From an uncultured Candidatus Saccharibacteria bacterium (GTDB lineage Bacteria > Patescibacteriota > WWE3 > UBA101185 > UBA10185), in contig CAYLVW010000001.1 of NCBI GenBank assembly GCA_964387275.1, positions 5,514 through 69,513 of the forward strand: DNA of 64,000 nucleotides, written 5' to 3'. Both the position numbers and the translations under genes were made by a program. The notes beneath the pieces are model-generated. The model was not told the origin of the DNA and searched no databases. It saw nothing but the letters and a program-made list of their open reading frames with translations. Below, piece by piece: positions 28,511 through 37,820 of this stretch (position 1 is the stretch's first letter; the number at the start of each line of letters is the position of its first letter).

Positions 28511-29140
28511 ATGTACTATGCTATGGCAATGAAAATCTACTTTACTTGTTCTACCGCTGAATTTTTTAAATATAGAGATTCTTATTTTGAAATTAGAAAC
28601 TTGCTAATCTCTGGTGGCCATATCATTACTAGGGACTGGCTGCCACACACCGAGGCAGCATTAAAACAGGGAAGACTAGATATGACTAGAAACATCAAAC
28701 AGATCTATCAGGAATGTATAAAATCTATAAAGGAAGCAGACTTAGTAATAATTGAGGATACAGTCTCAAACTTTAGCACAGGGCATCAAATAACTGTTGC
28801 CTTACAGAGTAAAAAACCTACCTTGGTTTTATGGCAAGCTAAAAAACATAGGCAATTTAATCAGATGTTTATACACGGAATTGATTCAGACATTTTACAA
28901 ATATCTGAGTATGAGCCGAAAGATTTAGACGAAATAGTTACTACTTTTATAAACAAGTACGAAAATGTCTTTGAAAGGAATAGGTTTCACCTTATTCTAA
29001 ACAACGTAGAACGAAGTTACTTAGACTGGGCGCAATTTACAAAGAATAAGAGTAGAACAAAGGTTATTAAAGAAGCTTTGAAGGGTATTATTGATTCGGA
29101 TATTGAGTACAGCAAATATTTGAATAAACACGAATTCTAG
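28511..29140 (+). CDS. Nucleoside 2-deoxyribosyltransferase-like (Rossmann-like) protein
   Basis: KIYFTCS...ADLVIIEDT...TGHQITVAL pattern typical of the NDT/DUF4406 fold. A possible later start is at 28529. Confidence 0.5.
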   Translation: MYYAMAMKIYFTCSTAEFFKYRDSYFEIRNLLISGGHIITRDWLPHTEAALKQGRLDMTRNIKQIYQECIKSIKEADLVIIEDTVSNFSTGHQITVALQSKKPTLVLWQAKKHRQFNQMFIHGIDSDILQISEYEPKDLDEIVTTFINKYENVFERNRFHLILNNVERSYLDWAQFTKNKSRTKVIKEALKGIIDSDIEYSKYLNKHEF

Positions 29141-29142
29141 TT

Positions 29143-29163
29143 TTCATGGTGACCCTACGGGGA
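29143..29163. repeat. 21-bp direct repeat copy (TTCATGGTGACCCTACGGGGA) duplicating the 3' end of tRNA-Glu; a putative att remnant
   Basis: Identical to 29362–29382, which covers the 3' 17 nt of tRNA-Glu plus 4 nt downstream of it. Confidence 0.75.
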
Positions 29164-29365
29164 AAAGTGTGCTTCGCACAAGCAATTTGTCACTTCACTC
29201 CTATTGCATCCTACATCACTAGGCTCATTTATTCGCCAAGTGTTGTAGTAGCAATTCGTCACTTCGTTCGAATTGGCGAACCTAGCATAAATGCTGGTTA
29301 GATTCCTTGGTAGAATCACATGAACAGAACCTCCATTTCACTGCGTTCAATGAAGAACCTGTTCA

Positions 29366-29440
29366 TGGTGACCCTACGGGGAATCGAACCCCGATTGCCA
29401 GGATGAGAACCTGGCGTCCTAACCATTAGACGATAGGGCC
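29366..29440 (-). tRNA. tRNA-Glu (anticodon CTC), CCA encoded
   Basis: Manual cloverleaf: acceptor GGCCCTA/TAGGGTC, D stem GTC/GAC, anticodon stem CCAGG/CCTGG with loop TTCTCAT, T arm CGGGG-TTCGATT-CCCCG. Confidence 0.85.
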
Positions 29441-29722
29441 AAGTGATAGCTTAAATCAGCATTTAAGCTTCTGGCAACGCAAATTATACCATTTACTGCC
29501 ATTTTCTATAACTCTGCTAAAATCACAATGTTCTACTATAATTAGACCCTCTTTTCATAGCTGGGGGACTGCTATGTTAACTTAACTTGATATGGATGTT
29601 ATGGTTTTTCCCGTAATAAAGAAGAGTCCCTAAGATGCTCTGTGTTTTTTGTGTTTGATTAGAGTTATAGGCGTTAGCTAATTTGTATTAAGCCTTCACA
29701 TGAAAAATGCTATATTACCCAC

Positions 29723-31165
29723 ATGATCACAGCCAGAAGTCTTAGTAAAAACTATGCCGATAAAGAGATACTTAATAGTGTTGATTTTAATATTGGAAAT
29801 GGGAGAAAAATAGGTTTGGTTGGAAAAAACGGCTGTGGTAAGACCACTCTTTTTAAGATCCTAAACGGCCTGGAAGAACCCACCTCAGGAAATCTTAATA
29901 TTCAAAATGAAGTTTTTGGCTATTTACCACAAGAATTTACTTTTCCTGATGACATGGCTGGAGCTTACTTGGAATCAAAACTAGAATCAAAGTGGGACGT
30001 ATATAAACTTGAGATTTTGGCCAAGCAATTAAAATTTGATAATTATGATCCCTATCAAATGCTAAACACCCTAAGTGAGGGGCAGAAAATGAAAATTAAA
30101 TTAATAGAACTACTATTAACCGAGCCGACTGTGCTTTTTATTGATGAACCTACTAACCATTTAGATATTGATGGGATTATGTGGTTTGAGGAGTATATCA
30201 AATATTTACAAATTACAGTTGTAATGATTTCACATGATAGGCAATTTTTGAATAATACTGTAGACGAGATATGGGAAATAGATAAACGCAAGATTTTTAG
30301 ATTTGTTGGTGACTACGACAACTATAAGGTTGAAAAAATGAAACTGATTGAGAAGTGGGATCAAGAATATGTTTTGTTTCTAAAAAGAAAACGCCAGCTG
30401 GAAACTTTACTCGAAAACGTACGTAAGATAAAAGATGGGAAAAAACGCGGCAAGGCAGTAGGATCTGTTAAAAAGAGAATTGATCGAGAAATTAACTCTA
30501 ATGAGAAGACAAAATACACAAATCAGGTAATTAAAGATGTTGAGTTTGATACAGATGTGCATAACGGAAAGTTGATGATACGTTTTAATAGTGTGTCTAA
30601 AGCTTATGGAGATAAAGTTATTTTTAACGGTTTAAATTTTGAAGTTAGGGGTAAGGAGAAGGTTTGGTTGTTTGGGCCAAACGGCGCAGGTAAATCAACT
30701 ATTATAAAACTTGTGACAGGTTTAATTGCTCCAACAGCAGGAGAGATTAAATTAGGTCCAAATATCAAATTGGGTTATTACTCACAGGTTCAGGCTGAGC
30801 TTAATTTAGAAAATACTTTGTTGGATGAATTTATGATTTCGACCTCAACTTCACTTGGAAGTGCATATGGTTATTTAAAGAAGTTTTTGTTTGATAGAGA
30901 TGCCACAAAAAAGAAAGTAAAGTTTTTAAGTCCTGGGGAAAGGGCTAGATTCGCCTTTGCAATATTTGCTTACAGAGATTACGATCTTTTAATTTTGGAT
31001 GAACCTGATAACCATTTGGATATTGAGACAAAAGAAGTGTTGGAAAGATCCTTAAATGAGTATCAGGGAACTGTTTTAATTGTTTCCCATGACCGTTATT
31101 TTGTTGAAGAGATCGGTGTTACTAAAGTCTTAAATTTGTCTGATGGTACAATGACGATTAACTAG
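29723..31165 (+). CDS. ABC-F family ATPase (tandem ABC domains, no TM domain)
   Basis: Two Walker A sites (GKNGCGKTT, GPNGAGKST), two signature motifs (LSEGQK, LSPGER) and two Walker B sites (ILDEP..). A linker lies between the domains. Confidence 0.8.
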   Translation: MITARSLSKNYADKEILNSVDFNIGNGRKIGLVGKNGCGKTTLFKILNGLEEPTSGNLNIQNEVFGYLPQEFTFPDDMAGAYLESKLESKWDVYKLEILAKQLKFDNYDPYQMLNTLSEGQKMKIKLIELLLTEPTVLFIDEPTNHLDIDGIMWFEEYIKYLQITVVMISHDRQFLNNTVDEIWEIDKRKIFRFVGDYDNYKVEKMKLIEKWDQEYVLFLKRKRQLETLLENVRKIKDGKKRGKAVGSVKKRIDREINSNEKTKYTNQVIKDVEFDTDVHNGKLMIRFNSVSKAYGDKVIFNGLNFEVRGKEKVWLFGPNGAGKSTIIKLVTGLIAPTAGEIKLGPNIKLGYYSQVQAELNLENTLLDEFMISTSTSLGSAYGYLKKFLFDRDATKKKVKFLSPGERARFAFAIFAYRDYDLLILDEPDNHLDIETKEVLERSLNEYQGTVLIVSHDRYFVEEIGVTKVLNLSDGTMTIN

Positions 31166-31299
31166 TAGTTTTAAAGATTTTGTAATAGAAATGCGTGCTA
31201 CTACTTTATAATTTTTAAAGTTGTTGGAACTTTCTAATAAGAAATAATAAAAATTACTGTTTTGTTAATAAAGATTTATTTGTACAATAAGTAGCAGAT

Positions 31300-32286
31300 A
31301 TGTCTGAAGAAAACCAACCCACTTTACCAAGCTCTTCTGAAGGTAATTCAGTTTCTCCCCCAAGAAAGACTCATTTTAATATTTGGTTTATTGTTGTCAC
31401 CATTCTTATTTTAATCACAGTAACGGTAGTTTTGTCTAAAGTTGCTTTTAATCAAAAGGAAGCCCCTTCACCTAAAAATATTACTAGTAGGTCTGTAACT
31501 ACTCCGCCAATTTTGCAAGAGGCACTTGAAGAAAAACCTTTGACAGCTACCCCAACTTTAATTCCGAAAGTATACCCTGATAATGCAGATACATTATCAA
31601 ACCCAACAAAAGAAGCCACTATAGATCCAGATCACTATCTGATTGTTGGTCTGCCAAGTGGACAAAATAACAAAGAAACTAAGAAAATTATTTTTTCTTT
31701 GCCAGGCCACGGTAGTACTGCGGAGGAAGATTATGAAGCTTGGAAAAAACATATTGTAGCAAAAGGAGATTATGGTTTGGTAAGTATTAATTGGTGGAGT
31801 GGGGAAGGAGAAAAGAAAAGTGACTATTACTCCCCAGTAAAAATTGTAGAGGTTGTAGAGCATTATCTGAAAAATAATAACTACTCAACAACTGATTTTA
31901 TAGTTTTGGAAGGTTTTTCTAGAGGCAGTGCTAATACATATTCTGTAATTGCAAATGATAGGTTTCTAAAAAAGAACCTAATAGATGCTGTCATATCTGC
32001 ATCCGGCAAGTATCAAAGCGATTTCGCAATGACTGAGGAGTTACTCCAGGGTAATAGTGGGAAGCCTTTTAGTGGTGTAAAGTGGGTGCTTGTCTGCGGT
32101 GCGAAAGATCCTAATCCTACTAGGGATGGTTGCGAAGGTATGTCTGAAACTGAAAAGTTTTTAAAAGAGAAGGGAGCTGCAGTTTTATTGTTTTTACAGG
32201 ATCCTAATGGTGCTCATGGAGCTTTTCATATGAGTCCTTTAAATTTCCCTGAGCAAGCGTTACAGAGTTTTGACTTAGTCTTGTAA
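31300..32286 (+). CDS. Membrane-anchored alpha/beta hydrolase (GxSxG esterase/lipase-like)
   Basis: N-terminal TM helix and a nucleophile elbow GFSRGS. Confidence 0.55.
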   Translation: MSEENQPTLPSSSEGNSVSPPRKTHFNIWFIVVTILILITVTVVLSKVAFNQKEAPSPKNITSRSVTTPPILQEALEEKPLTATPTLIPKVYPDNADTLSNPTKEATIDPDHYLIVGLPSGQNNKETKKIIFSLPGHGSTAEEDYEAWKKHIVAKGDYGLVSINWWSGEGEKKSDYYSPVKIVEVVEHYLKNNNYSTTDFIVLEGFSRGSANTYSVIANDRFLKKNLIDAVISASGKYQSDFAMTEELLQGNSGKPFSGVKWVLVCGAKDPNPTRDGCEGMSETEKFLKEKGAAVLLFLQDPNGAHGAFHMSPLNFPEQALQSFDLVL

Positions 32287-32392
32287 TTTGTAAAAACCTA
32301 GTATCTATTGATAAGTCTTGTTCTACATTGTACTTACCCATATTATTATGATTCCTAGTGGTATAATCTGGTAAATGTTGTGAGGAGGGAGC

Positions 32393-32815
32393 ATGATACC
32401 GCTTTTTCAGGAGTGGCTACCTGCATCTATGCTTGAGGTTCAAGGTATTATTTGTGCTGTGTTGTTGGGATATACCTCAATTATAGCGGCTATTAACTAT
32501 TATAAAGCCGGGGCTTTGAAGGATAGAATGGCTGGTGAGTTTGCAATGCTATGTACGGCGTTTGCAGTTGTAGCTTTGATAAATGCATATATTGCTGTAG
32601 CAATACTGGTCTTATTTTATATGTTAGCACTCTTTTTAGTTGTGTTTGTTGTAGTTTCCTTGTTTGTTGAGGGGGTTTGGACTGATGGGTATAAGTTTTT
32701 TAGACATGGTTTTTCTCATATATTTGGGAGTATGTTTAAAGGTATAAGGTTATCTTTTAGCAGTTTGTTTGGTAAGCTACGTGGTCTTGGTAAGTCTAAT
32801 GATGGTTCTGAGTAG
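32393..32815 (+). CDS. Small membrane protein (140 aa)
   Basis: Strong SD GGAGGGAG. Three TM helices. Confidence 0.55.
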   Translation: MIPLFQEWLPASMLEVQGIICAVLLGYTSIIAAINYYKAGALKDRMAGEFAMLCTAFAVVALINAYIAVAILVLFYMLALFLVVFVVVSLFVEGVWTDGYKFFRHGFSHIFGSMFKGIRLSFSSLFGKLRGLGKSNDGSE

Positions 32816-32839
32816 GGTTTAGTTTTTTTCGTTTCGGCT

Positions 32840-32875
32840 GGGGCCGGGCAATTTGATTGCAAATTGCCCGGCCCC
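32840..32875. other. Perfect 16-bp GC-rich hairpin (GGGGCCGGGCAATTTG-attg-CAAATTGCCCGGCCCC)
   Basis: Read directly. It lies 25 nt after stop 32815 with no U-tract on either strand. Confidence 0.75.
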
Positions 32876-32930
32876 TACTTAGTAACAACGACTTTGCCAA
32901 CCCAAACCCCAAACTGTATCATAGAACAAG

Positions 32931-33383
32931 ATGCAACACACCCTGCTTAACAAAATCAACTTCGTGGCTTTGAACAGAGTAATGATAGTTTTGCTAGTTA
33001 CCTGTATGCTTACTTTTTCCTACTATACATTCGCTTCCTATCAGCCTAAATCTTTACGAGAGCTGCCGGAGGTAAAAGGTCTTGATAGTACACCAGATAA
33101 CTACGTACCAACTCCTATAGACTCCTATATAGTGGGCTCTGACCTTGGGTCTGATGTGAAGACCACAGTAGTAAAAACCTCAAAACCAATCATGGACATA
33201 GAGACCTTCTATTACAATATTTCAAGAATTAAGAAATGGAATTTAGAGGAAAGTTTTGCTGATGATAGGGGATTTACCCGAGTATTTAAGCATAGGGGAA
33301 ACACTTTAAGGATAAACGTTACAAAATCTGAAAACCCTACAGATGTCTTTAACTACGTTTCCATTACAGTAATAGAGTCCTAA
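32931..33383 (+). CDS. Hypothetical protein with an N-terminal TM/signal anchor
   Basis: Intact ORF, no motifs recognised. Confidence 0.4.
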   Translation: MQHTLLNKINFVALNRVMIVLLVTCMLTFSYYTFASYQPKSLRELPEVKGLDSTPDNYVPTPIDSYIVGSDLGSDVKTTVVKTSKPIMDIETFYYNISRIKKWNLEESFADDRGFTRVFKHRGNTLRINVTKSENPTDVFNYVSITVIES

Positions 33384-33394
33384 AAGGCAAAAAC

Positions 33395-35143
33395 CTACTT
33401 TTTTGTGCCTCTCATATATACTGCTTTCCAGGCCTGATATCTACTATTGAACATATCTTTGTACATTGTTTCGCCATCTCTGGTTACAGTTCTGGAAAAT
33501 GATACATTTGCTCCCCAGGCCGGGAAATCTACTTGTTTAATAGTTCCTTCAGCTAATGTCGGGTCATCTACATATAATGCAGGAGGTGGTGCGGTTTGAC
33601 TTGTTACAACAGGTTCGGTGATTTCCACTTTTCTATTATCTGAAGTTCCATAAATCTTAAATACCAAAGAGTTTTCCTTTAGATCTAATGTGCTTTCTAC
33701 AAGAATATAATTAGCTGTGTCGTTTTTAAATTGAAAATCTAAACTAGGTTGATAAATAGCAGCATCAATACCAACAGGGCTTTCAATTTCGTAATACTTT
33801 ACTCTATATGCATGTGGGTATCTCGCAACAATTGGAAGACCTGCATTTAGTGCTGCTCTGAAAATTGTTGTGGATGTTTGGCAAACTCCACCCCCTTCTC
33901 CAAGAACTGTTCTACCATTTGAAATAATATATGCTGAATCATAGCCTGTTTTTGCGCTGATCTCACCAATTGTTTTATTTAGAGAATATATTGCTCCAGG
34001 TGCTAATAATGTGTTTCCTGCACGCTCCGCTGCAAGAGCCAGATTGTGAATTCTAGATGAAGCCGAGCCTGTAAACTTAGATTTTCCCTCGGCTAATAAT
34101 TCCTTGATACCGTATTTTGAAATATCTACATTTTCATCAATATCTATTGTTGCAATTTCCACGGCAACATCATTTGAGAAAAGCGCTTTTTTAAAATCTG
34201 TTGCAAAAACTCCTTCATCTATTTCTGAGCCTTTATTAAGAAGTTTAATTGAAACTACTTTATTACCCTTTACCTCTGTTACTTGTGCTTTGGGTAGTGT
34301 ATTTATTTCTAATCCTAGGCTTGACACTAATTCCTCAAAAGACGACTTGTTTAACCTTAATTCGGGTTCAAAATTGGTGTCCTTGCTGACAACAACTTCT
34401 GATAGGTCCAGAATTTGCTCTGGTGAAAGTTTCCAAGATTTATCTTTAAATTTAATAGTAAAATCTTTAAATACAATTTTTTCTGTTTGAGTTTTTATTT
34501 TATTAAGATCCTCTTCTTTTACTGTTGGTTTAGTATCTTCCATAGGAATTATAATGGGATTAAAAACCATCAGATCCAAAGCGTTTAAGACTTTTTTATT
34601 CAGGTCTTGACCATCAACTATATTGCCATTTTCTGAAGAAGTAATAAGAAGTGATTTTTCATTTAATTTAAACGATGAATTAATCTCTGGTTTATCTACT
34701 TCGCCTCGAATCGATAGTATTTTATTAGAAAGTGCTGCATCATCAAAATCATAGAAAATTTTAAGTTGCAGTGTTTTTATAAGGCCTGCGATCTTATCTT
34801 TATTATCAATAAAAATATTTCCTGTTCTTCCTACTTCAAAAGCTCTTGAGAGGGTTGCGTTTATTTTGTATTCAAGTTTTATTTCTTCGGGAGTAATAGT
34901 AAATTCTCTATCGCTTTGTTGAAGAGAGATATTTTTGTTTGTTTCTGCAATTGCTTTTGTTAATTTCGCTTTTGCTTCACTAAACGTAAGTGCACTTAAA
35001 TCTACGCTTCCTACAAATACGCCGGGAATAATTCTATTTGAGTAGTAGATATGATATAGAAAAAATGGTATCAACAGCATTCCCAATAATCCTAGTGAGA
35101 TTTTGTGTCTTTTTAGAAATGTAGCTATTTTTTCTCTATTCAT
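33395..35143 (-). CDS. VanW-family protein with an N-terminal TM anchor
   Basis: VanW core GEGGGVCQTSTTIFRAALNAGLPIVARYPH. Confidence 0.7.
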   Translation of the reverse strand: MNREKIATFLKRHKISLGLLGMLLIPFFLYHIYYSNRIIPGVFVGSVDLSALTFSEAKAKLTKAIAETNKNISLQQSDREFTITPEEIKLEYKINATLSRAFEVGRTGNIFIDNKDKIAGLIKTLQLKIFYDFDDAALSNKILSIRGEVDKPEINSSFKLNEKSLLITSSENGNIVDGQDLNKKVLNALDLMVFNPIIIPMEDTKPTVKEEDLNKIKTQTEKIVFKDFTIKFKDKSWKLSPEQILDLSEVVVSKDTNFEPELRLNKSSFEELVSSLGLEINTLPKAQVTEVKGNKVVSIKLLNKGSEIDEGVFATDFKKALFSNDVAVEIATIDIDENVDISKYGIKELLAEGKSKFTGSASSRIHNLALAAERAGNTLLAPGAIYSLNKTIGEISAKTGYDSAYIISNGRTVLGEGGGVCQTSTTIFRAALNAGLPIVARYPHAYRVKYYEIESPVGIDAAIYQPSLDFQFKNDTANYILVESTLDLKENSLVFKIYGTSDNRKVEITEPVVTSQTAPPPALYVDDPTLAEGTIKQVDFPAWGANVSFSRTVTRDGETMYKDMFNSRYQAWKAVYMRGTKK

Positions 35144-35161
35144 TTAAACAGCCTTTTTGCA

Positions 35162-35719
35162 TTATGCGTCAGGATTTTTTGTTGTTTGTAATTCTCTTAT
35201 TGATTGTCTTGGAAAATTTTTTATTAAATACCTTCCAGGATTTTCTCCCATATCTATATGATCATCAATAACCTCTAACAACCTTGAAGATGACGTTTTA
35301 CCAAAAGATATTACTTCACTTCTTACACCTTGGCTTTTTGCGTACTCAATAACATCTCTATAATCCCCATCTCCTGAAACTAGCACCATAGCATCGATTT
35401 TTGGAAGTAATCTTACAATATCCATACATATACCTACATCCCAATCCCCTTTTTTTGCACCACCTAAAAATACCTGCAAATCTTTCATTCTAACTTCAAA
35501 TCCAATTTTTTCTAAAGCTGTAAAAAAATCTTTTTCATTTCCTATATCTGCATTTATAACATAAGCAAAAGCCCTGACTAATTTTCTTCCTCCCACTGCG
35601 TCTGTCAGCACTTTGCTGAAATCAACCTTGGCTCCATACAAATTTTTGGCCGAGTAATACATGTTTTGGATATCTACAAAAACCCCAACGCGCTGTTCTT
35701 TATGTCTTATATTTTTCAT
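35162..35719 (-). CDS. NYN/LabA-like PIN-type nuclease domain protein
   Basis: VFVDIQN...VLVSGDGDY motif arrangement. Confidence 0.7.
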   Translation of the reverse strand: MKNIRHKEQRVGVFVDIQNMYYSAKNLYGAKVDFSKVLTDAVGGRKLVRAFAYVINADIGNEKDFFTALEKIGFEVRMKDLQVFLGGAKKGDWDVGICMDIVRLLPKIDAMVLVSGDGDYRDVIEYAKSQGVRSEVISFGKTSSSRLLEVIDDHIDMGENPGRYLIKNFPRQSIRELQTTKNPDA

Positions 35720-35843
35720 ATATTGATTCTATCAACAAAATCAATAACACAATAGGCATTTACTCAAATCACTACAGGTTATATCTATTCTTGTTAGGCT
35801 TGTGTGGGGTTGTGTTTTTTTTGAATTGATATATTATCCTACT

Positions 35844-36107
35844 ATGTCAATTCTGGATAAGTTAAAAAATCTATTTGCATCTAAATTCCAACCAACATCT
35901 ACTGTGGTGGATATGCACGAATGTTCTTGTTGTAATGGGTGTTGCTCAGAAGATCAAGAAAAATCTTGCAACTGCGAAAACGAATGTCAATGCGATCAAA
36001 ATTCTGAAAACAACAAAGACAACGATTCCTGCGAATGCGGTGGCAACTGTGGGTGTTCTACTTCTTCCGACAGCAATGAGTGTGCATGTGGGCACTGTGG
36101 TAAATAA
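35844..36107 (+). CDS. Cys-rich metallothionein-like small protein (87 aa, 17 Cys plus His)
   Basis: CSCCNGCCSEDQEKSCNCENECQCDQ...CECGGNCGCSTSSDSNECACGHCGK. Starts at internal ATG 35844; the longer ORF from 35802 has no better support. Confidence 0.55.
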   Translation: MSILDKLKNLFASKFQPTSTVVDMHECSCCNGCCSEDQEKSCNCENECQCDQNSENNKDNDSCECGGNCGCSTSSDSNECACGHCGK

Positions 36108-36337
36108 TACTAATTCTCAAGTGTTTTTTACAAATCCTAGTATAAAGTTTTGTGCTTTGGTTAAATAGTAAAATATCCTTTCAAAATAGATTTATTTGCA
36201 CTGTGGAGAATTTTGGAAGTTACATATTTAGTATGTGGACTTACTGCCAGTTTAATCTAATCTTATAAACTTGTTGTTGGAGTACCCTTTTTCCCCTATA
36301 AATTGTATAATTCTAACGCTTTTGCAAAGAGTTTTAT

Positions 36338-36411
36338 TGGGGAGTCGTCTAATGGTAGGACATTGCACTCTGGATGCAAGAATTGAGGTTCGAATCCTTG
36401 CTCCCCAGCCA
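36338..36411 (+). tRNA. tRNA-Gln (anticodon CTG), CCA encoded
   Basis: Manual cloverleaf: acceptor TGGGGAG/CTCCCCA, anticodon stem TTGCA/TGCAA with loop CTCTGGA, T-loop TTCGAAT. Confidence 0.85.
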
Positions 36412-36533
36412 TGAAGAACTTAAGATACATAGATCCAGGTACCTATATAGATATGATATTCAATATGGGTAGTTGAAAATCAATATTATAAGTGCTATAA
36501 GGTTATTAAAGATACTCTTAGATAAAAAAGCAT

Positions 36534-37148
36534 ATGACCGAATATCCATACATGGTGTCTAATACTAAAATAGGACCTATTTTTGAAAAGCTTAAAAGTG
36601 CAGAAGTCCCACAGAGGTTTACCCTCGATATATTAAGAAAACTTGGCTTTACAAGTACTAATGATCGAGCATTCATTCCATTAATTAAGAAAATGGGGTT
36701 CTTAACAGCAGATGGAACACCAACATCTCATTATAACCAATTAAGGGATATATCTCAGTTTAAAGTTGTTTTGGCTGAACGAATTAAAGAAACATACTCG
36801 GATTTATTCTCAATTAATACACGTATGGATAAGGCTTCCGACGCTGAAATAAAAGGCGCTATATCAAGAGTTACTGGGAAGGATGCCGAAAATGTAAATA
36901 GATACTTCGCCACTTTTAAAGCTTTGCTGTCACTAGCTGATTTTGATACAAAAAATATGCCAGTTGCAGTTATTAAAAGTGACATTGAAACTTACCGAGA
37001 ACACGAAAACGAGATTAAAACACCTGTAGTCAATCAAGAATTAGTAACATTTCACTATAATATTCAAATTCACCTTCCACTTACCACAGATATTAATATC
37101 TATAATGCAATATTCAAAAGTATAAAAGACAACCTATTAGATAAATGA
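36534..37148 (+). CDS. Hypothetical protein (204 aa), upstream partner of the HEPN protein
   Basis: Its stop overlaps the next gene's start by 4 nt (ATGA). No catalytic motif was recognised. Confidence 0.5.
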   Translation: MTEYPYMVSNTKIGPIFEKLKSAEVPQRFTLDILRKLGFTSTNDRAFIPLIKKMGFLTADGTPTSHYNQLRDISQFKVVLAERIKETYSDLFSINTRMDKASDAEIKGAISRVTGKDAENVNRYFATFKALLSLADFDTKNMPVAVIKSDIETYREHENEIKTPVVNQELVTFHYNIQIHLPLTTDINIYNAIFKSIKDNLLDK

Positions 37149-37723
37149 GGACTATTAAGCATTTAAAAAAACTAGTCTTGGATGGAATGCTAGTACAATC
37201 CGTAGTTGACAAATATACTACTGAAGGTACATTGAGAAAGAATACAGGTATACAAAAACCATCCATTTCCTTAGAAGAATTCTCTTTTAGCCCAAAAATT
37301 ACTGCTACAGCCAACAAAATGTCCGAAGTATATATTGCATTTTATTGTTTCGAGAATCTTGTAAGGGATCTAATAATTGATCGATTGTCTGAACGCCATG
37401 GGAATGAGTGGTGGAAAAATTGTGTACCTGAGAAAGTTAAACTTCGGGTGGAAGATCTAAAAAGTAAAGAAAGCAAAAACAAATATTTATCGCCTAGAGC
37501 AAGTACTAATATAGGGTATACAATGTTAGGTGACTTGGCCTCTATCATTATAACTAGATGGGATGATTTCTCAGACATTTTACCAAATCAAGCTTGGGTA
37601 ACCTCCCGACTGAACGATTTAGAAATGTCTCGTAATATCATTATGCACTCTGGTATTTTACCTGATGATGAGATTGATAGAATTAAAACATCTCTAAGAG
37701 ATTGGGTAGAGCAGGTTGGTTAA
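37145..37723 (+). CDS. HEPN-domain protein (Rx4H motif; tentatively Swt1-like HEPN), putative RNase toxin/effector
   Basis: C-terminal ...SRNIIMHSG... gives R-x4-H. Predicted all-alpha, about 190 aa, translationally coupled to the upstream gene. Confidence 0.55.
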   Translation: MRTIKHLKKLVLDGMLVQSVVDKYTTEGTLRKNTGIQKPSISLEEFSFSPKITATANKMSEVYIAFYCFENLVRDLIIDRLSERHGNEWWKNCVPEKVKLRVEDLKSKESKNKYLSPRASTNIGYTMLGDLASIIITRWDDFSDILPNQAWVTSRLNDLEMSRNIIMHSGILPDDEIDRIKTSLRDWVEQVG

Positions 37724-37820
37724 GTGTAAGCAGTTCTTAATCATGCATGTAGTGATGTTTGTGCTAAGAGCACTCACTTATCTTGCTCTCCAGCCATGAA
37801 GAACTTAGTTTATACTTATT

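Larger units (their letters stand above)
36397..37807 (+). mobile_element. Putative integrase-less mini-island at the tRNA-Gln 3' end. The 1.36-kb insert is bounded by 26-bp direct repeats (36397–36422 CTTGCTCCCCAGCCATGAAGAACTTA; 37782–37807 with 1 mismatch) and carries a two-gene cassette.
   Basis: Read directly. The left repeat covers the last 15 nt of the tRNA plus 11 nt downstream, as expected for attL/attR of a tRNA-targeting integrative element. Confidence 0.6.

Noticed and set aside
36405-36422. Reading the ATG inside the tRNA-Gln 3'-flank repeat (CCAGCCATGAAGAACTTA) as a gene start
   Set aside because: The same 18-mer recurs at 37791–37807 as part of the direct repeat. Neither copy starts a substantial ORF; the island genes begin at 36534 and 37145.
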